From: an uncultured Verrucomicrobiota bacterium
GTDB lineage: Bacteria > Verrucomicrobiota > Kiritimatiellia > CAIKKV01 > CAITUY01
Length of the DNA stretch: 64,000 nt
Direction: 5' to 3'
Assembly: GCA_964508705.1 (NCBI GenBank)
Contig: CAZDUS010000004.1
Location: 2,762 to 66,761, forward strand
The notes beneath the pieces are model-generated. The model did no database searches. It saw only the letters and a program-made list of their open reading frames with translations, and was not told where the DNA came from. Of the stretch, positions 24,852-35,400 are shown piece by piece. The first letter of the stretch is position 1, and every line of letters begins with the position of its first letter. The translations under genes and the position numbers were made by a program.

Positions 24852-26662
24852 CCGCCCGCAGCCCCCCCATTGAAAATCCCGTTAATCAACCCATGAAGTC
24901 GAGGGGCCACCGTTGTACCGCCAGACACCGCCTCATCAACAACCATGACCACGGCCACCTTCGGATTATCATAAGGCGCAAAAACCACCATCCAACCATG
25001 CTTCTTCCGTTTATCCTTGGTCCCGTATTCCGCTGTCCCTGTCTTTCCCGCCATCTCAATACCCTCAACCCGTGCTTTTCTACCAGTCCCCGTCGGTGCC
25101 ATCAGCACATCATACATCCCTTTCCGCACCGTCTCCATGTCACCAGAAGAGACCGCCAGCCGTTTCACCAATGACGAAGGAAAATTGGTGATCACCCCTC
25201 CCTTCCGATCCTGTAAACCCAATACCAGCCGCGGAGCGTAAACATATCCTCCATTCGCCAACGTGGCAGCCACAACCGCCATCTGCAATGGTGTCGCCGC
25301 CAAGGCACCCTGCCCGATCGACAGGTTGCATGTATCGCCCTGCCTCCATTTGTCGTGCCAAGTTTTTTCCTTCCACTCCGGCGTCGGCAATATTCCGGAT
25401 GCTTCACGATCCAAAGCGATCCCCGTCTTTTTCCCTAACCCCATCCCCGCAGCCATCTCCTCAATTGGCCTCACCCCGCATTGCATCCCCATCGCCGCAA
25501 AATACGTGTTGCAAGACTGCTCAATAGCTCGCCTTAAATCCACCGTCCCGTGCCCACTCTGATTCCAGCACCCAAGCGTATAATTTCCCAAGGTGAAATG
25601 ACCGGGACAATTGACCGCCATTCCCGCCTTCCACTTGCCACTAGTCAACCCCGCCAAGGCAACGACCGGCTTAAAAATACTACCCGGAGCATAGATTTCT
25701 GCTGTGGCCCGGTTTGCCATGGGTTTCTCCGGATCGCGATTCAAGCTGTCCCACACTTCAGTCGTTAAGACCGGTATAAATTTCCCCGGCTCAAACGTGG
25801 GAGAACTCGCCATGGCCAACACGTCACCATTGGAAGGATCCAGCACTACCACCGCGCCCGAAACTCCCCGTAGCGATGCCTCCGCCAATTCCTGGATGTG
25901 GGCGTCCAGCGCCAACACCACATCCGCCCCCGGCTCGGGGTCCCTCTCACGAGCTTCCGCATGCTTATATCCCGAGGCGTTAATTCTTACGAGCCGCCCC
26001 CCAGCCTCTCCCGCCAACACTTCGTTGAATTGACGCTCAATCCCTGACTTCCCTGCGATTTCTGGAAGGCGATATTGATATTCCGCCAACTCCTCATCCG
26101 ATATGGATGCGCTCCCCACATATCCAAGGACATGTGCCGCCATTTCATCATGAGGATAGGTTCGCAATGACTCGATGTGTATATCCGTTCCCGAAAGATC
26201 CACACTGGTCTCCGCCAAACGCGCCAACGCCGCCGCATCCAGACTCCGCCAGACAATCAGCGGCAACGGCAATCGCTTTCGAATATGGACCCGGATTTCC
26301 TCCTCGGACACCAACGGTTTCCTTCCAACCACAGGCGTCAATTCCCTGACCCGCCGCATCACCTCATCCACCGTGTTCTGCCACCGCCCAGGCTTACGGA
26401 CTTCCTCCAAATAGAATGCCAGGCAATAGCACGGTTGATTATCCACCAAAATTCCGCCATTCCGCTCAAGGATCCGACCACGTGACGCCGGCAACCTCAC
26501 TCGCCGCATACTTTGCCGCTGAAGGCTCTCTTCAAAATCACTTCGTCGCATAACCTGCAAGTCGAACAGGAAGCCAGCCAACACCAACAACAGCACCGCC
26601 ATAACAGCCAATATCAGCCGAATGCGCCTTAATTCCATGGGTATTGCTTCAGACGACGCCAT
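24848..26662 (-). CDS. mrdA: Penicillin-binding protein 2 (elongasome transpeptidase)
   Basis: SIFK (SxxK), SCN (SxN) and KTGTAE (KTG) motifs. The ATG at 26662 lies immediately after the mreD stop and is preferred over the longer track ORF. Confidence 0.9.
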   Translation of the reverse strand: MASSEAIPMELRRIRLILAVMAVLLLVLAGFLFDLQVMRRSDFEESLQRQSMRRVRLPASRGRILERNGGILVDNQPCYCLAFYLEEVRKPGRWQNTVDEVMRRVRELTPVVGRKPLVSEEEIRVHIRKRLPLPLIVWRSLDAAALARLAETSVDLSGTDIHIESLRTYPHDEMAAHVLGYVGSASISDEELAEYQYRLPEIAGKSGIERQFNEVLAGEAGGRLVRINASGYKHAEARERDPEPGADVVLALDAHIQELAEASLRGVSGAVVVLDPSNGDVLAMASSPTFEPGKFIPVLTTEVWDSLNRDPEKPMANRATAEIYAPGSIFKPVVALAGLTSGKWKAGMAVNCPGHFTLGNYTLGCWNQSGHGTVDLRRAIEQSCNTYFAAMGMQCGVRPIEEMAAGMGLGKKTGIALDREASGILPTPEWKEKTWHDKWRQGDTCNLSIGQGALAATPLQMAVVAATLANGGYVYAPRLVLGLQDRKGGVITNFPSSLVKRLAVSSGDMETVRKGMYDVLMAPTGTGRKARVEGIEMAGKTGTAEYGTKDKRKKHGWMVVFAPYDNPKVAVVMVVDEAVSGGTTVAPRLHGLINGIFNGGAAGG

Positions 26663-26663
26663 G

Positions 26664-27170
26664 CTAATACCGCTCCTCCTGGGCAACCCCAACCTGCCGC
26701 TCAAGACTCCCCGCCACAAGCCAGACCAAAGGGACCGCGACAACACCTAGCAAGGCATTCCCGCCCATTTTCAATCCAAGCCACCACAACGGAACTGCAA
26801 CCGTCTCTGTGCCCAGCCTCAACATCATATATATCACCAGCGTTGTGATGGCCGACAACCCGCCGCCCAACACAGCCACCGTCAGGGGGCTATCCCGGAA
26901 CAGCACTTCACGTGCATGATAAATCACAAAACCAAACACCGAAAAACATAAGGCGGAATATCCCACCGGGAGCAAACTCAATGAATCCTGAATCAATCCG
27001 GCAAGTAACGCCGAGGCCACCACCATCCCGCGGGAATGAACCAACGCATAGTAGATTGGAACCCCCAACAGGAATGGCAACTTAACCGACCCCAGGATAG
27101 CCACCGAAGGCATCAGACTCTGGGCCAAGGTCGCCAACAACAAAAGAAGAGCCATGATGGCAATGGTCAT
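26664..27170 (-). CDS. mreD: Rod shape-determining protein MreD
   Basis: 168-aa polytopic membrane protein positioned between mreC and mrdA. Confidence 0.75.
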   Translation of the reverse strand: MTIAIMALLLLLATLAQSLMPSVAILGSVKLPFLLGVPIYYALVHSRGMVVASALLAGLIQDSLSLLPVGYSALCFSVFGFVIYHAREVLFRDSPLTVAVLGGGLSAITTLVIYMMLRLGTETVAVPLWWLGLKMGGNALLGVVAVPLVWLVAGSLERQVGVAQEERY

Positions 27171-27269
27171 GCCGCCATCCTTCCTCGAACTTTTGTCTGT
27201 CTATTGGATATATCAATCATCACTACAATCACCATTCAATAACGCCGTCAGCTATCGCTTGCCTCATTC

Positions 27270-28160
27270 CTAATCTGTCACAACCAACACCTTGCGTAAC
27301 CTGGCCATATCAGCCGTTGGTGTAACCACCACCCGCTGATACAATCCCGTCTCATCTGGGGCCTGCGCCACCACTCGACCCACGATTAATCCGGGAGGGA
27401 ACACCCCACCCAATCCTGAAGTTGTCACCAGTTCCCCAGTCTTCAGCGCAAGATCCTTCCGGACAAACTCCACCTGAAACGGCACAGGGAGACAAACAAC
27501 TCCCAAGCTATGCCCGCCTCGCAACGAAACCCCTCCGCCATGCAATACACCGAACGAACCTTCCTCTTCGAACCGCACCGACACCCTGAAGTTGCGATCG
27601 GAAATCAGAAGCACATCACAAGCGCTGTCCGAAACCTCGATCGTCTTGCCCACTACTCCATCCGGCGTAATCACCGCCATGTTTTCCGAAATGCCATTCG
27701 CCCGCCCCTTGTTCAAACGTATCGTCTGCCACCATCCATACCCATCATCCCTGGCGATCACTTCGCACGCTATCGTCCGATACCCCGAACTCTTCCGGAA
27801 TCCCACCAATGAACGAAGTTCTTCATTCTCGCGATTGATCTGCTCCGAAACTCTCGCCTTAGCCCTTAAATCCACCACTTCTTCCAATAGGCGATTCCTC
27901 TCCCATAACACCTCTTCGTAGCTCCCGGCAGACTCCTCGGTCTGGCTCAGTTTCGACACCACTCGGGTGCCGGCTTGCTGGTAAGAGGCGATGCCCTCCC
28001 TGAATATGCTCCGGAGAAATCCAGATACCGAATCCGGCAAATTGAGGAGGACTAGGAAGAACGTTCCCAGCACAACTAAGACTAAATATCGATGTTCCCT
28101 CACCTGCAACTCCACGCATTCACGATTCCTGCCACTATTCCCCGTAGACAAGCGGGGCAT
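27270..28160 (-). CDS. mreC: Rod shape-determining protein MreC
   Basis: N-terminal TM segment, then a coiled coil, then a beta domain (VITPDGVVGKTIEV..., LVTTSGLGGVFPPGLIVG). The start is uncertain (GTG 28175 or ATG 28160). Confidence 0.85.
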   Translation of the reverse strand: MPRLSTGNSGRNRECVELQVREHRYLVLVVLGTFFLVLLNLPDSVSGFLRSIFREGIASYQQAGTRVVSKLSQTEESAGSYEEVLWERNRLLEEVVDLRAKARVSEQINRENEELRSLVGFRKSSGYRTIACEVIARDDGYGWWQTIRLNKGRANGISENMAVITPDGVVGKTIEVSDSACDVLLISDRNFRVSVRFEEEGSFGVLHGGGVSLRGGHSLGVVCLPVPFQVEFVRKDLALKTGELVTTSGLGGVFPPGLIVGRVVAQAPDETGLYQRVVVTPTADMARLRKVLVVTD

Positions 28161-28243
28161 CACCCAACAAGACACGCGTGGAACCCAGAGGGTTCATAAG
28201 GCATGACGGACCAGCTCATGCTGGCCCGCGATTGAAGAATATA

Positions 28244-29359
<1,116 letters not shown>

Positions 29360-29507
29360 CTAACCCTTACGTCAAGACCGAAAAACGCCAAATATTGCGT
29401 AACCAAGATATGAAGCTTGACGAATTCCCCCTCTCAGAACATTATCAGAATTAAGAAACCAGTCGGCAGGCTAGCGGTGAGTTTCATATTAGTGAAGGGC
29501 ACTGATT

Positions 29508-30161
29508 ATGCGTATTAAAATTCTCCTCTGTGATGATCACCGCATCATCCGTGAAGGCCTGCGCTCCCTCCTTGAAAAACAGCCGGACATGACGATTGTC
29601 GGCGAAGGTACCAATGGATTCGAGGCCTGCTCATTAGCTAAGACAACCTCTCCGGATATCATCGTGATCGACGTAGCCATGCCCGGCTTAAATGGCATCG
29701 CCGCCGCACGCCGCCTGCAAGAAGAAAACCAAAAAGCCAAAATTCTGGCTCTCTCCATGCATTCGGACCGACATTTTGTCACAGGCATGCTTCAGGCAGG
29801 CGCGGCGGGATACCTTCTCAAGGACTGCGCATTCAGCGAACTAACCAATGCGATACGCACTATCATAAGTGGAGGGATCTATCTTAGCCCGCAGATAACC
29901 GGTGATGTCCTTCAGTCCTTTGCCCGCAAGGCTACTCCATCCCGAAAGAGCGGCAAGCTGGAATTATCCGCGCGGGAATCCGAAATACTTCAACTTATCG
30001 CCGAAGGCAAAAGCACCAAAGACACGGCGACAAAATTGAATTTAAGCGTGAAAACAGTCGAATCCCATCGACTCAATATCATGCGAAAAGTCGGCGTTAA
30101 CAATGTGGCCGCATTGACCAAATACGCCATCCGCGAAGGGCTGACCACTCTGGAAGGATAA
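29508..30161 (+). CDS. NarL/FixJ-family response regulator (REC plus LuxR-type HTH)
   Basis: KILLCDDH...DIIVIDVAMPGLNG receiver domain. LSARESEILQLIAEGKSTKDTATKLNLSVKTVESHR HTH. Confidence 0.9.
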   Translation: MRIKILLCDDHRIIREGLRSLLEKQPDMTIVGEGTNGFEACSLAKTTSPDIIVIDVAMPGLNGIAAARRLQEENQKAKILALSMHSDRHFVTGMLQAGAAGYLLKDCAFSELTNAIRTIISGGIYLSPQITGDVLQSFARKATPSRKSGKLELSARESEILQLIAEGKSTKDTATKLNLSVKTVESHRLNIMRKVGVNNVAALTKYAIREGLTTLEG

Positions 30162-30199
30162 CCGCGCCTCCTCCGGTTAACTATTCAGCCCCTCTTCCC

Positions 30200-31309
30200 T
30201 TAAACTGTTCCTCCCCGGCGATTACGTCTTTCCGGAAAAACAACTCCGTAGCACGTCGTTTCCCCGCAACAATATTGCAACGTTCCGCCCAACTGCCCCG
30301 CCAAGGTGGACACCAATTCCAATCCTATGGATTTTCTACTCTGCAACGACGATTGCGCCTGCACCCCTATTCCGCTATCGCACACCTGCAGGCGCAGCAT
30401 CTCCCCTTCCATGTGGCAAAACACCACTTGCACCACCTTCTTCCGCGAATCACACGCCTTCTCGCTGTCACCCCTCCTCAATTCCTTACCTTCCGGAAAG
30501 GCATGCTCCAAGGCATTCGTCACTAATTCATGCAAAATAAGACCGCACGGAATGGCAGTGTCGACCCCTAACTCAATAGAGGCAACCTGCAGATCCATCT
30601 CTATCCCCCTGGCCCAGGCATTGTGAGCACTGAACAACTCTTTCATCAACCCTCTCGCATAATCATGGAAAGGAATCTTGCTTACATCCTGCGATAGATA
30701 CAGGTTTTCATGAATCATGGACATCGCCCGGATCCTGTTATGGCTATCCTCAAATATCTGTTTTGCTTCAGATTCGGGAACATTTTCAGCACCCAACCTC
30801 AACAAGCTAAGAATGAGTTGAAGGTTGTTCTTCACCCGATGATGAACCTCGCGCAACAACGTCTCCTTCTCTTGCAGGGATATGCGAAGCTGAGCCTCCG
30901 CCTGACAACGCTCGATCGCATACCGGACAATCCGAGCGACCGTTCGAGCATCCTCTTCGCCTTTAATCAGATAATCCTGGGCCCCTTTCCTGACCGCCTC
31001 CACGCCAAGATCATCATTGCCTGGCGCAACAATCACAACAACGGGCTTGTCGGGGAATAAGGCTCGAAGGTCAATCAACGATTGGATGCTTGCCGGGCTT
31101 GGCGTACCCAAATCAAACAGAACGACATCAAAAGCCTGCGAGGCAAGCATACTATTAGCATCAGCAGCGCTGGCCACGCTCATCAACTCATACTTCAACC
31201 CACGCCTTTCGGGAAACATACCCCGAATATTCGCCACTTCGCAATCTTCTGCCTCAATTAACAGAATCTTGATTACCGTTTCGGTAATACTGGAAGGGCT
31301 TTTCGCCAT
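30200..31309 (-). CDS. Hybrid REC / HisKA_2-type histidine kinase
   Basis: N-terminal receiver (DVVLFDLGTP). H-box EVHHRVKNNLQLILSLLRL. ATPase region LHELVTNALEHAF. Confidence 0.8.
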   Translation of the reverse strand: MAKSPSSITETVIKILLIEAEDCEVANIRGMFPERRGLKYELMSVASAADANSMLASQAFDVVLFDLGTPSPASIQSLIDLRALFPDKPVVVIVAPGNDDLGVEAVRKGAQDYLIKGEEDARTVARIVRYAIERCQAEAQLRISLQEKETLLREVHHRVKNNLQLILSLLRLGAENVPESEAKQIFEDSHNRIRAMSMIHENLYLSQDVSKIPFHDYARGLMKELFSAHNAWARGIEMDLQVASIELGVDTAIPCGLILHELVTNALEHAFPEGKELRRGDSEKACDSRKKVVQVVFCHMEGEMLRLQVCDSGIGVQAQSSLQSRKSIGLELVSTLAGQLGGTLQYCCGETTCYGVVFPERRNRRGGTV

Positions 31310-31394
31310 CGGTAGTCCCTCTAACTCAATTTCTCACAACCACATCCCCGCGAAAAATTACGCTCCGTCGCATCTGAATCTCATGCGGACAGAA

Positions 31395-32084
31395 TCAATC
31401 TTGCGCCTTGCCTTGCTCCAACGGATCAGGCACCCCTGCCGACGCAAATGCCGCTCGTCTCTCCACGCACGCCGGACACTCACCACACGGAAACGTGTCG
31501 CCTCGATAACAGGTCCATGTGTGCGCATAGTCAACTCCCATCTCCAAGCCCAAGGCTAATTCCTGCGCCTTGCTCATGGCTACAAAAGGCGCATGAATCC
31601 TTACCCCTTTCCTCCTGTTCAGCGACAAGACAGCGTTCATCCTGTCCAAGAATTCTTGCGTGCAATCCCAATACCCATATCGATCTTGACTCTGCGCGCC
31701 ATAGTAGACGTCTTGCACTCCTTTAGCCTCCGCATAGGCCGCCGCCAGCGAAAGCAAAATCATGTTGCGATTCGGCACATAGGTAAGGGGTTGAGAAAGC
31801 GAAGCTTCGGTCATATCCTGAAGTCGCGGCACCTCTATCGCTCGATCAGTCAACGCCGACGCCCCTGTCGTTAGTGATTCAAAAAATCCCATGTCGACAA
31901 TGTCATGCGCCTTAACCCCAACCACCCTCGCCTGCCACGTCGCCGCCTCCAGTTCCCGTTGATGCTTCTGTCCATAGAGGAACGATAGCGCATACACCTC
32001 CCCCGCCCCACGCTGCCTCACAACGTGATGTAGCAACGTCGTGGAATCCAACCCTCCTGATAATAACACTACCGCTTTATCCAT
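31395..32084 (-). CDS. queC: 7-cyano-7-deazaguanine synthase QueC
   Basis: VVLLSGGLDSTT PP-loop and C-terminal zinc cluster CYRGDTFPCGECPACVERR. Confidence 0.9.
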   Translation of the reverse strand: MDKAVVLLSGGLDSTTLLHHVVRQRGAGEVYALSFLYGQKHQRELEAATWQARVVGVKAHDIVDMGFFESLTTGASALTDRAIEVPRLQDMTEASLSQPLTYVPNRNMILLSLAAAYAEAKGVQDVYYGAQSQDRYGYWDCTQEFLDRMNAVLSLNRRKGVRIHAPFVAMSKAQELALGLEMGVDYAHTWTCYRGDTFPCGECPACVERRAAFASAGVPDPLEQGKAQD

Positions 32085-32087
32085 GGT

Positions 32088-32753
32088 TCATCTCACGCCC
32101 ATTATCTTGTGTAATTGAGTATACACCCGCACAGGCAAGCGCTCCTCCAAAACCCACTGCCCCAGCTCTCCCAAAGCAACCTTCCCATGCACGACACCGA
32201 ACAACACTGCATGGCAGCGTTTTACCAGATCATGACGCCGAACAACGTCTGCCGCCCACTCAAAATCAACCCTATCGGCTATGACAAACTTCACTTCATC
32301 GTAGCCCCTCAAGCGATTGATGTTCTCGAAATCCATGGCTCCTGACTCGCCGCTGCCTGGACACTTGACATCCATTACTGCTATCACCCCTTGTGGAATC
32401 GCCGAGATATCAATACTTCCATTGGTTTCCACCAAGACCGGCTTTCCTGTGGCGGCAAGCAAATCAGCCGCCAACTTCTGACATCCCGCCTGCAAAAGAG
32501 GCTCCCCTCCTGTTATCTCCGTAATGGCCGCCCCGCTCGCCAGCGCCTCTCTCACCAATTCACCGGTAGTCTTGATTTTCCCGCCGGCATAGGACTCCTT
32601 GGTGTCGCAATAGCGACACCTTAAATTACATCCGCTTAATCGGATGAAGAAACAGGGCAGTCCTGCCCAAGTGGATTCACCTTGAATCGACAAAAACGTC
32701 TCAGCAATGGAAAGTTCTGCCTCGTCAGACACGCTAATCTCCCGCGATGCCAC
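32088..32753 (-). CDS. queE: 7-carboxy-7-deazaguanine synthase QueE (radical SAM)
   Basis: ETFLSIQGEST, FIRLSGCNLRCRYCDT and ITGGEPL motifs. GTG start. Confidence 0.85.
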   Translation of the reverse strand: MASREISVSDEAELSIAETFLSIQGESTWAGLPCFFIRLSGCNLRCRYCDTKESYAGGKIKTTGELVREALASGAAITEITGGEPLLQAGCQKLAADLLAATGKPVLVETNGSIDISAIPQGVIAVMDVKCPGSGESGAMDFENINRLRGYDEVKFVIADRVDFEWAADVVRRHDLVKRCHAVLFGVVHGKVALGELGQWVLEERLPVRVYTQLHKIMGVR

Positions 32754-32783
32754 GATTATCGACTTACCCGTCTAAACCAATCA

Positions 32784-33161
32784 TCAAATCCCATCACTCC
32801 AGTAACTGGCCGTCGTTCCTGGCGTCTCGCATACCGTGACTTTTGAAACCTTGAGCATCTTGCTATTCAAAAACCCCGAAAGCTGTTCATACAAATATCG
32901 AGCAAGATTTTCTGATGTCGGATTCTCGCGCATAAAAGCAGGCAATTGATTTAAATCACGATGATCTACTTCTTCCATCGCCTTGCGCACCGCACTCTTG
33001 ATGTCCTTGAAATCAATCAGCATCCCTAATTCATTTAAACTCTCACCCTGCACATAGACCTCCACGGCCCAATTATGACCGTGCTGATTGGCACAGGGAC
33101 CATCGTACCCTTCCAACCGATGTGCTGCCGAAAAATGCGTTTTGATGCTCAATTCAAACAT
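32784..33161 (-). CDS. queD: 6-carboxy-5,6,7,8-tetrahydropterin synthase QueD
   Basis: FSAAHRL...CANQHGHNW and ...VCETP... motifs in a 125-aa protein. Confidence 0.9.
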   Translation of the reverse strand: MFELSIKTHFSAAHRLEGYDGPCANQHGHNWAVEVYVQGESLNELGMLIDFKDIKSAVRKAMEEVDHRDLNQLPAFMRENPTSENLARYLYEQLSGFLNSKMLKVSKVTVCETPGTTASYWSDGI

Positions 33162-33215
33162 ATAATCCCCACTCCCCTTTCGCGTTGTTTGCGCGTTTCA
33201 AAGATAACCAGTCCC

Positions 33216-33899
33216 TTACTTTTCAAATTGATAGCACTTCCGGACGTCAGTCAGCGTACACGCCTTGAGATATCCGGCAATGGCCGCATCATACGACGCC
33301 GTATGCGCAAAAGCCTTCCGCGCCAAATTCAACCGGGTTTCAAACGATAGACATCCTTGGGAAGTCTCCAACTCCTTCACAACACCATCATAATCAGAGG
33401 GATCAGTCACGGAAGCCACCCTCAAATAATTCTTCGCCGATGCCCTCACCATGCATGGTCCGCCAATGTCGATATTTGATCTCGCATTCTCCGGTGTGGC
33501 CCCCGCCTTGGCTATTGTCGCCGCAAACGGATATAGATTCACAATCACCATGTCTATAGCCACAGCTTTTGTCCGTTTGAGATCGTCCGCATGGGCCGTA
33601 TTATACGTTTCACTCAGCAGGCCAAGATAGATTTTGAAGTCCAGTGTTTTCACCAAACCGCCCTGCATTTCCGGTTGCCCAGTGTAATCGGAAACCTGCA
33701 CCAGATTCCTCGAGGCCGCAACCCCCAGCATATCCTTAATCGCCAAATAGGTACCGCCGGTGGAATATATCTTAACGTCAGGATTGATCTTAATAAGGGC
33801 AGGAACTATTCGATCAAGACCTGTCTTATCCGAGACACTCGCCAGCACATTCTTGACCTTAACGCCTTCATCAATCCGCTCAACCACATTTAACGCCAT
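33216..33899 (-). CDS. Stand-alone IMP cyclohydrolase / MGS-like domain protein (N-terminal domain of PurH only)
   Basis: Aligns by eye to E. coli PurH residues of about 8-200 (ASVSDKTG, STGGT, VSDYTGQPEMQGGLVKTL, VVNLYPF, NIDIGGPCMVRASAKN, FAHTASYD). No AICAR transformylase part is present. ATG at 33899 with AGGA upstream. Confidence 0.7.
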   Translation of the reverse strand: MALNVVERIDEGVKVKNVLASVSDKTGLDRIVPALIKINPDVKIYSTGGTYLAIKDMLGVAASRNLVQVSDYTGQPEMQGGLVKTLDFKIYLGLLSETYNTAHADDLKRTKAVAIDMVIVNLYPFAATIAKAGATPENARSNIDIGGPCMVRASAKNYLRVASVTDPSDYDGVVKELETSQGCLSFETRLNLARKAFAHTASYDAAIAGYLKACTLTDVRKCYQFEK

Positions 33900-34085
33900 A
33901 ACGGTTCCTTTCAGCATAGACACCAATCAAATCAACATTTAATTTGCGAGATGAACACCGGCAAATTATGCCACAAATCCCAAACAACAAAAGCAGAACG
34001 TCAGGGCGACAGGAAGAAGCGGAGTGGGGCGATAAAGCGGGTGCCCCCGTTAATGGCCGAGAGCCCGTTTACTGGTGGTTTTGAG

Positions 34086-34161
34086 TGGAGCCAACAGTCG
34101 GGATTGAACCGACGACCTGCGCATTACGAATGCGCTGCTCTACCAGCTGAGCTATGTTGGC
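34086..34161 (-). tRNA. tRNA-Thr (anticodon CGU), CCA encoded
   Basis: Minus strand reads GCCAACATAGCTCAGCTGGTAGAGCAGCGCATTCGTAATGCGCAGGTCGTCGGTTCAATCCCGACTGTTGGCTCCA, which folds as a perfect cloverleaf. Confidence 0.9.
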
Positions 34162-34214
34162 AATAAACAAGCGGGCATTACGATACCGAAAAGCAACAGC
34201 GTGTCAACTCCCGC

Positions 34215-35324
34215 TTAAGCCATCATTTTTGCCAGCATTACCTCCAAAATCGTCTCTTCAGGCACACTACTGGAAACAAGCGATTCATGCGCCGCCATAG
34301 CCAAACGTTGGTTATTTTTTAAAGCGTTCAACGAATAAGCTTGCGCCTGTTGCCCCAAGATCCCGACTCGGAACTCATGCAAGGCTCGAGGATTCTTTTT
34401 CAATGCTACCGTCAGGACCTCTTCCACGTCCGGCGTTAAATTATTCCACTCGCCTAACATCCCGCCACCACCGTAACCTGGCTTCAATCGAAGCCATCCC
34501 CTGTCCAAAGCCTCTCTATACACCAATAATTCACGCACCCGGTTGACAATCACTGTAACAATGGCTATCGCGCTCTCTTTCTGCGCCAGCAGACGGTGCA
34601 AGATCTGTAAGGCTCTGGAGAGTTGCCTCTTCCCTACAGCATCTTGAATATCCCACAACGCAGACTCTGAAGATGAAACCACAATGGCATCAATATCATA
34701 TTCAGACACCCCGGACTGGCCATGTGTATATAGCGCTAACTTTTCAACTTCATTGAATATTTGCCGGGAGTCAGCACCAACTTTTGAGATAAAAAGTTCT
34801 ATCGCCGCAGGACTTGCTCTTAATTTGTGGTCGGAGAGCGCCTGCCGTAATGCAGCACGCCCATAATTTTCCACTTCTTTTGTCTTCTCGGGAAGGGAAA
34901 ATTCCTTCACCTCAAATAGACTGGCGCATGTTTTATAGAATGAAGATCGCTTGTCAACTTTCGGAGCTGTTACAAGCAGGACGTTCCCCCCCGGAGGAGT
35001 GTCCTTCAAAAACTGGGCAAGCTCCTTAACTTTAGACTTAACCTCTTCATTTTGAGCCACTTGCCCATCCGCAAGAAAATTAACATCACGCCACCAAACC
35101 ACTTTACCCTGCTCCGAGAAAAAGCCCCGCGTCATGAACGCCTCAAGACAGCGCTTAATGGCTACCGAAACTCCCTCTTCATTGTCAGCCCGCCCGTCAA
35201 TGATCTCGAGCCCAAACGCCCGCTCACTTTCCGGCACTAGTTTATGAATGAATTGCTGTGCCGCTATTCCTGCGGCGAACTCATCATCACCCATAAAAAG
35301 ATATACCGACCCTTTACCACTCAT
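34215..35324 (-). CDS. holA: DNA polymerase III delta subunit
   Basis: N-terminal VYLFMGDDEFAAG and a length and helical C-terminus typical of HolA. The track start at 35369 is TTG, so the ATG at 35324 is preferred. Confidence 0.65.
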   Translation of the reverse strand: MSGKGSVYLFMGDDEFAAGIAAQQFIHKLVPESERAFGLEIIDGRADNEEGVSVAIKRCLEAFMTRGFFSEQGKVVWWRDVNFLADGQVAQNEEVKSKVKELAQFLKDTPPGGNVLLVTAPKVDKRSSFYKTCASLFEVKEFSLPEKTKEVENYGRAALRQALSDHKLRASPAAIELFISKVGADSRQIFNEVEKLALYTHGQSGVSEYDIDAIVVSSSESALWDIQDAVGKRQLSRALQILHRLLAQKESAIAIVTVIVNRVRELLVYREALDRGWLRLKPGYGGGGMLGEWNNLTPDVEEVLTVALKKNPRALHEFRVGILGQQAQAYSLNALKNNQRLAMAAHESLVSSSVPEETILEVMLAKMMA

Positions 35325-35400
35325 ACCTTGCCAGCCCTCAATAAAAAATGCATTAATATCTTGTATCAAGTCGTTTTGAGTTTGTCACGATACGCGATCA

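Noticed and set aside
33162-33215. preQ1 riboswitch upstream of queD.
   Set aside because: There is only a weak 4-bp CGCG hairpin, and I could not recognise the preQ1-I or preQ1-II consensus. A covariance-model scan would be needed.
33951-34166. 71-aa ORF overlapping tRNA-Thr, and the 103-aa ORF at 12390-12701 overlapping tRNA-Glu and the ferredoxin gene.
   Set aside because: Both are antisense to, or overlap, well-supported RNA and protein genes, and neither has a start context or motifs.
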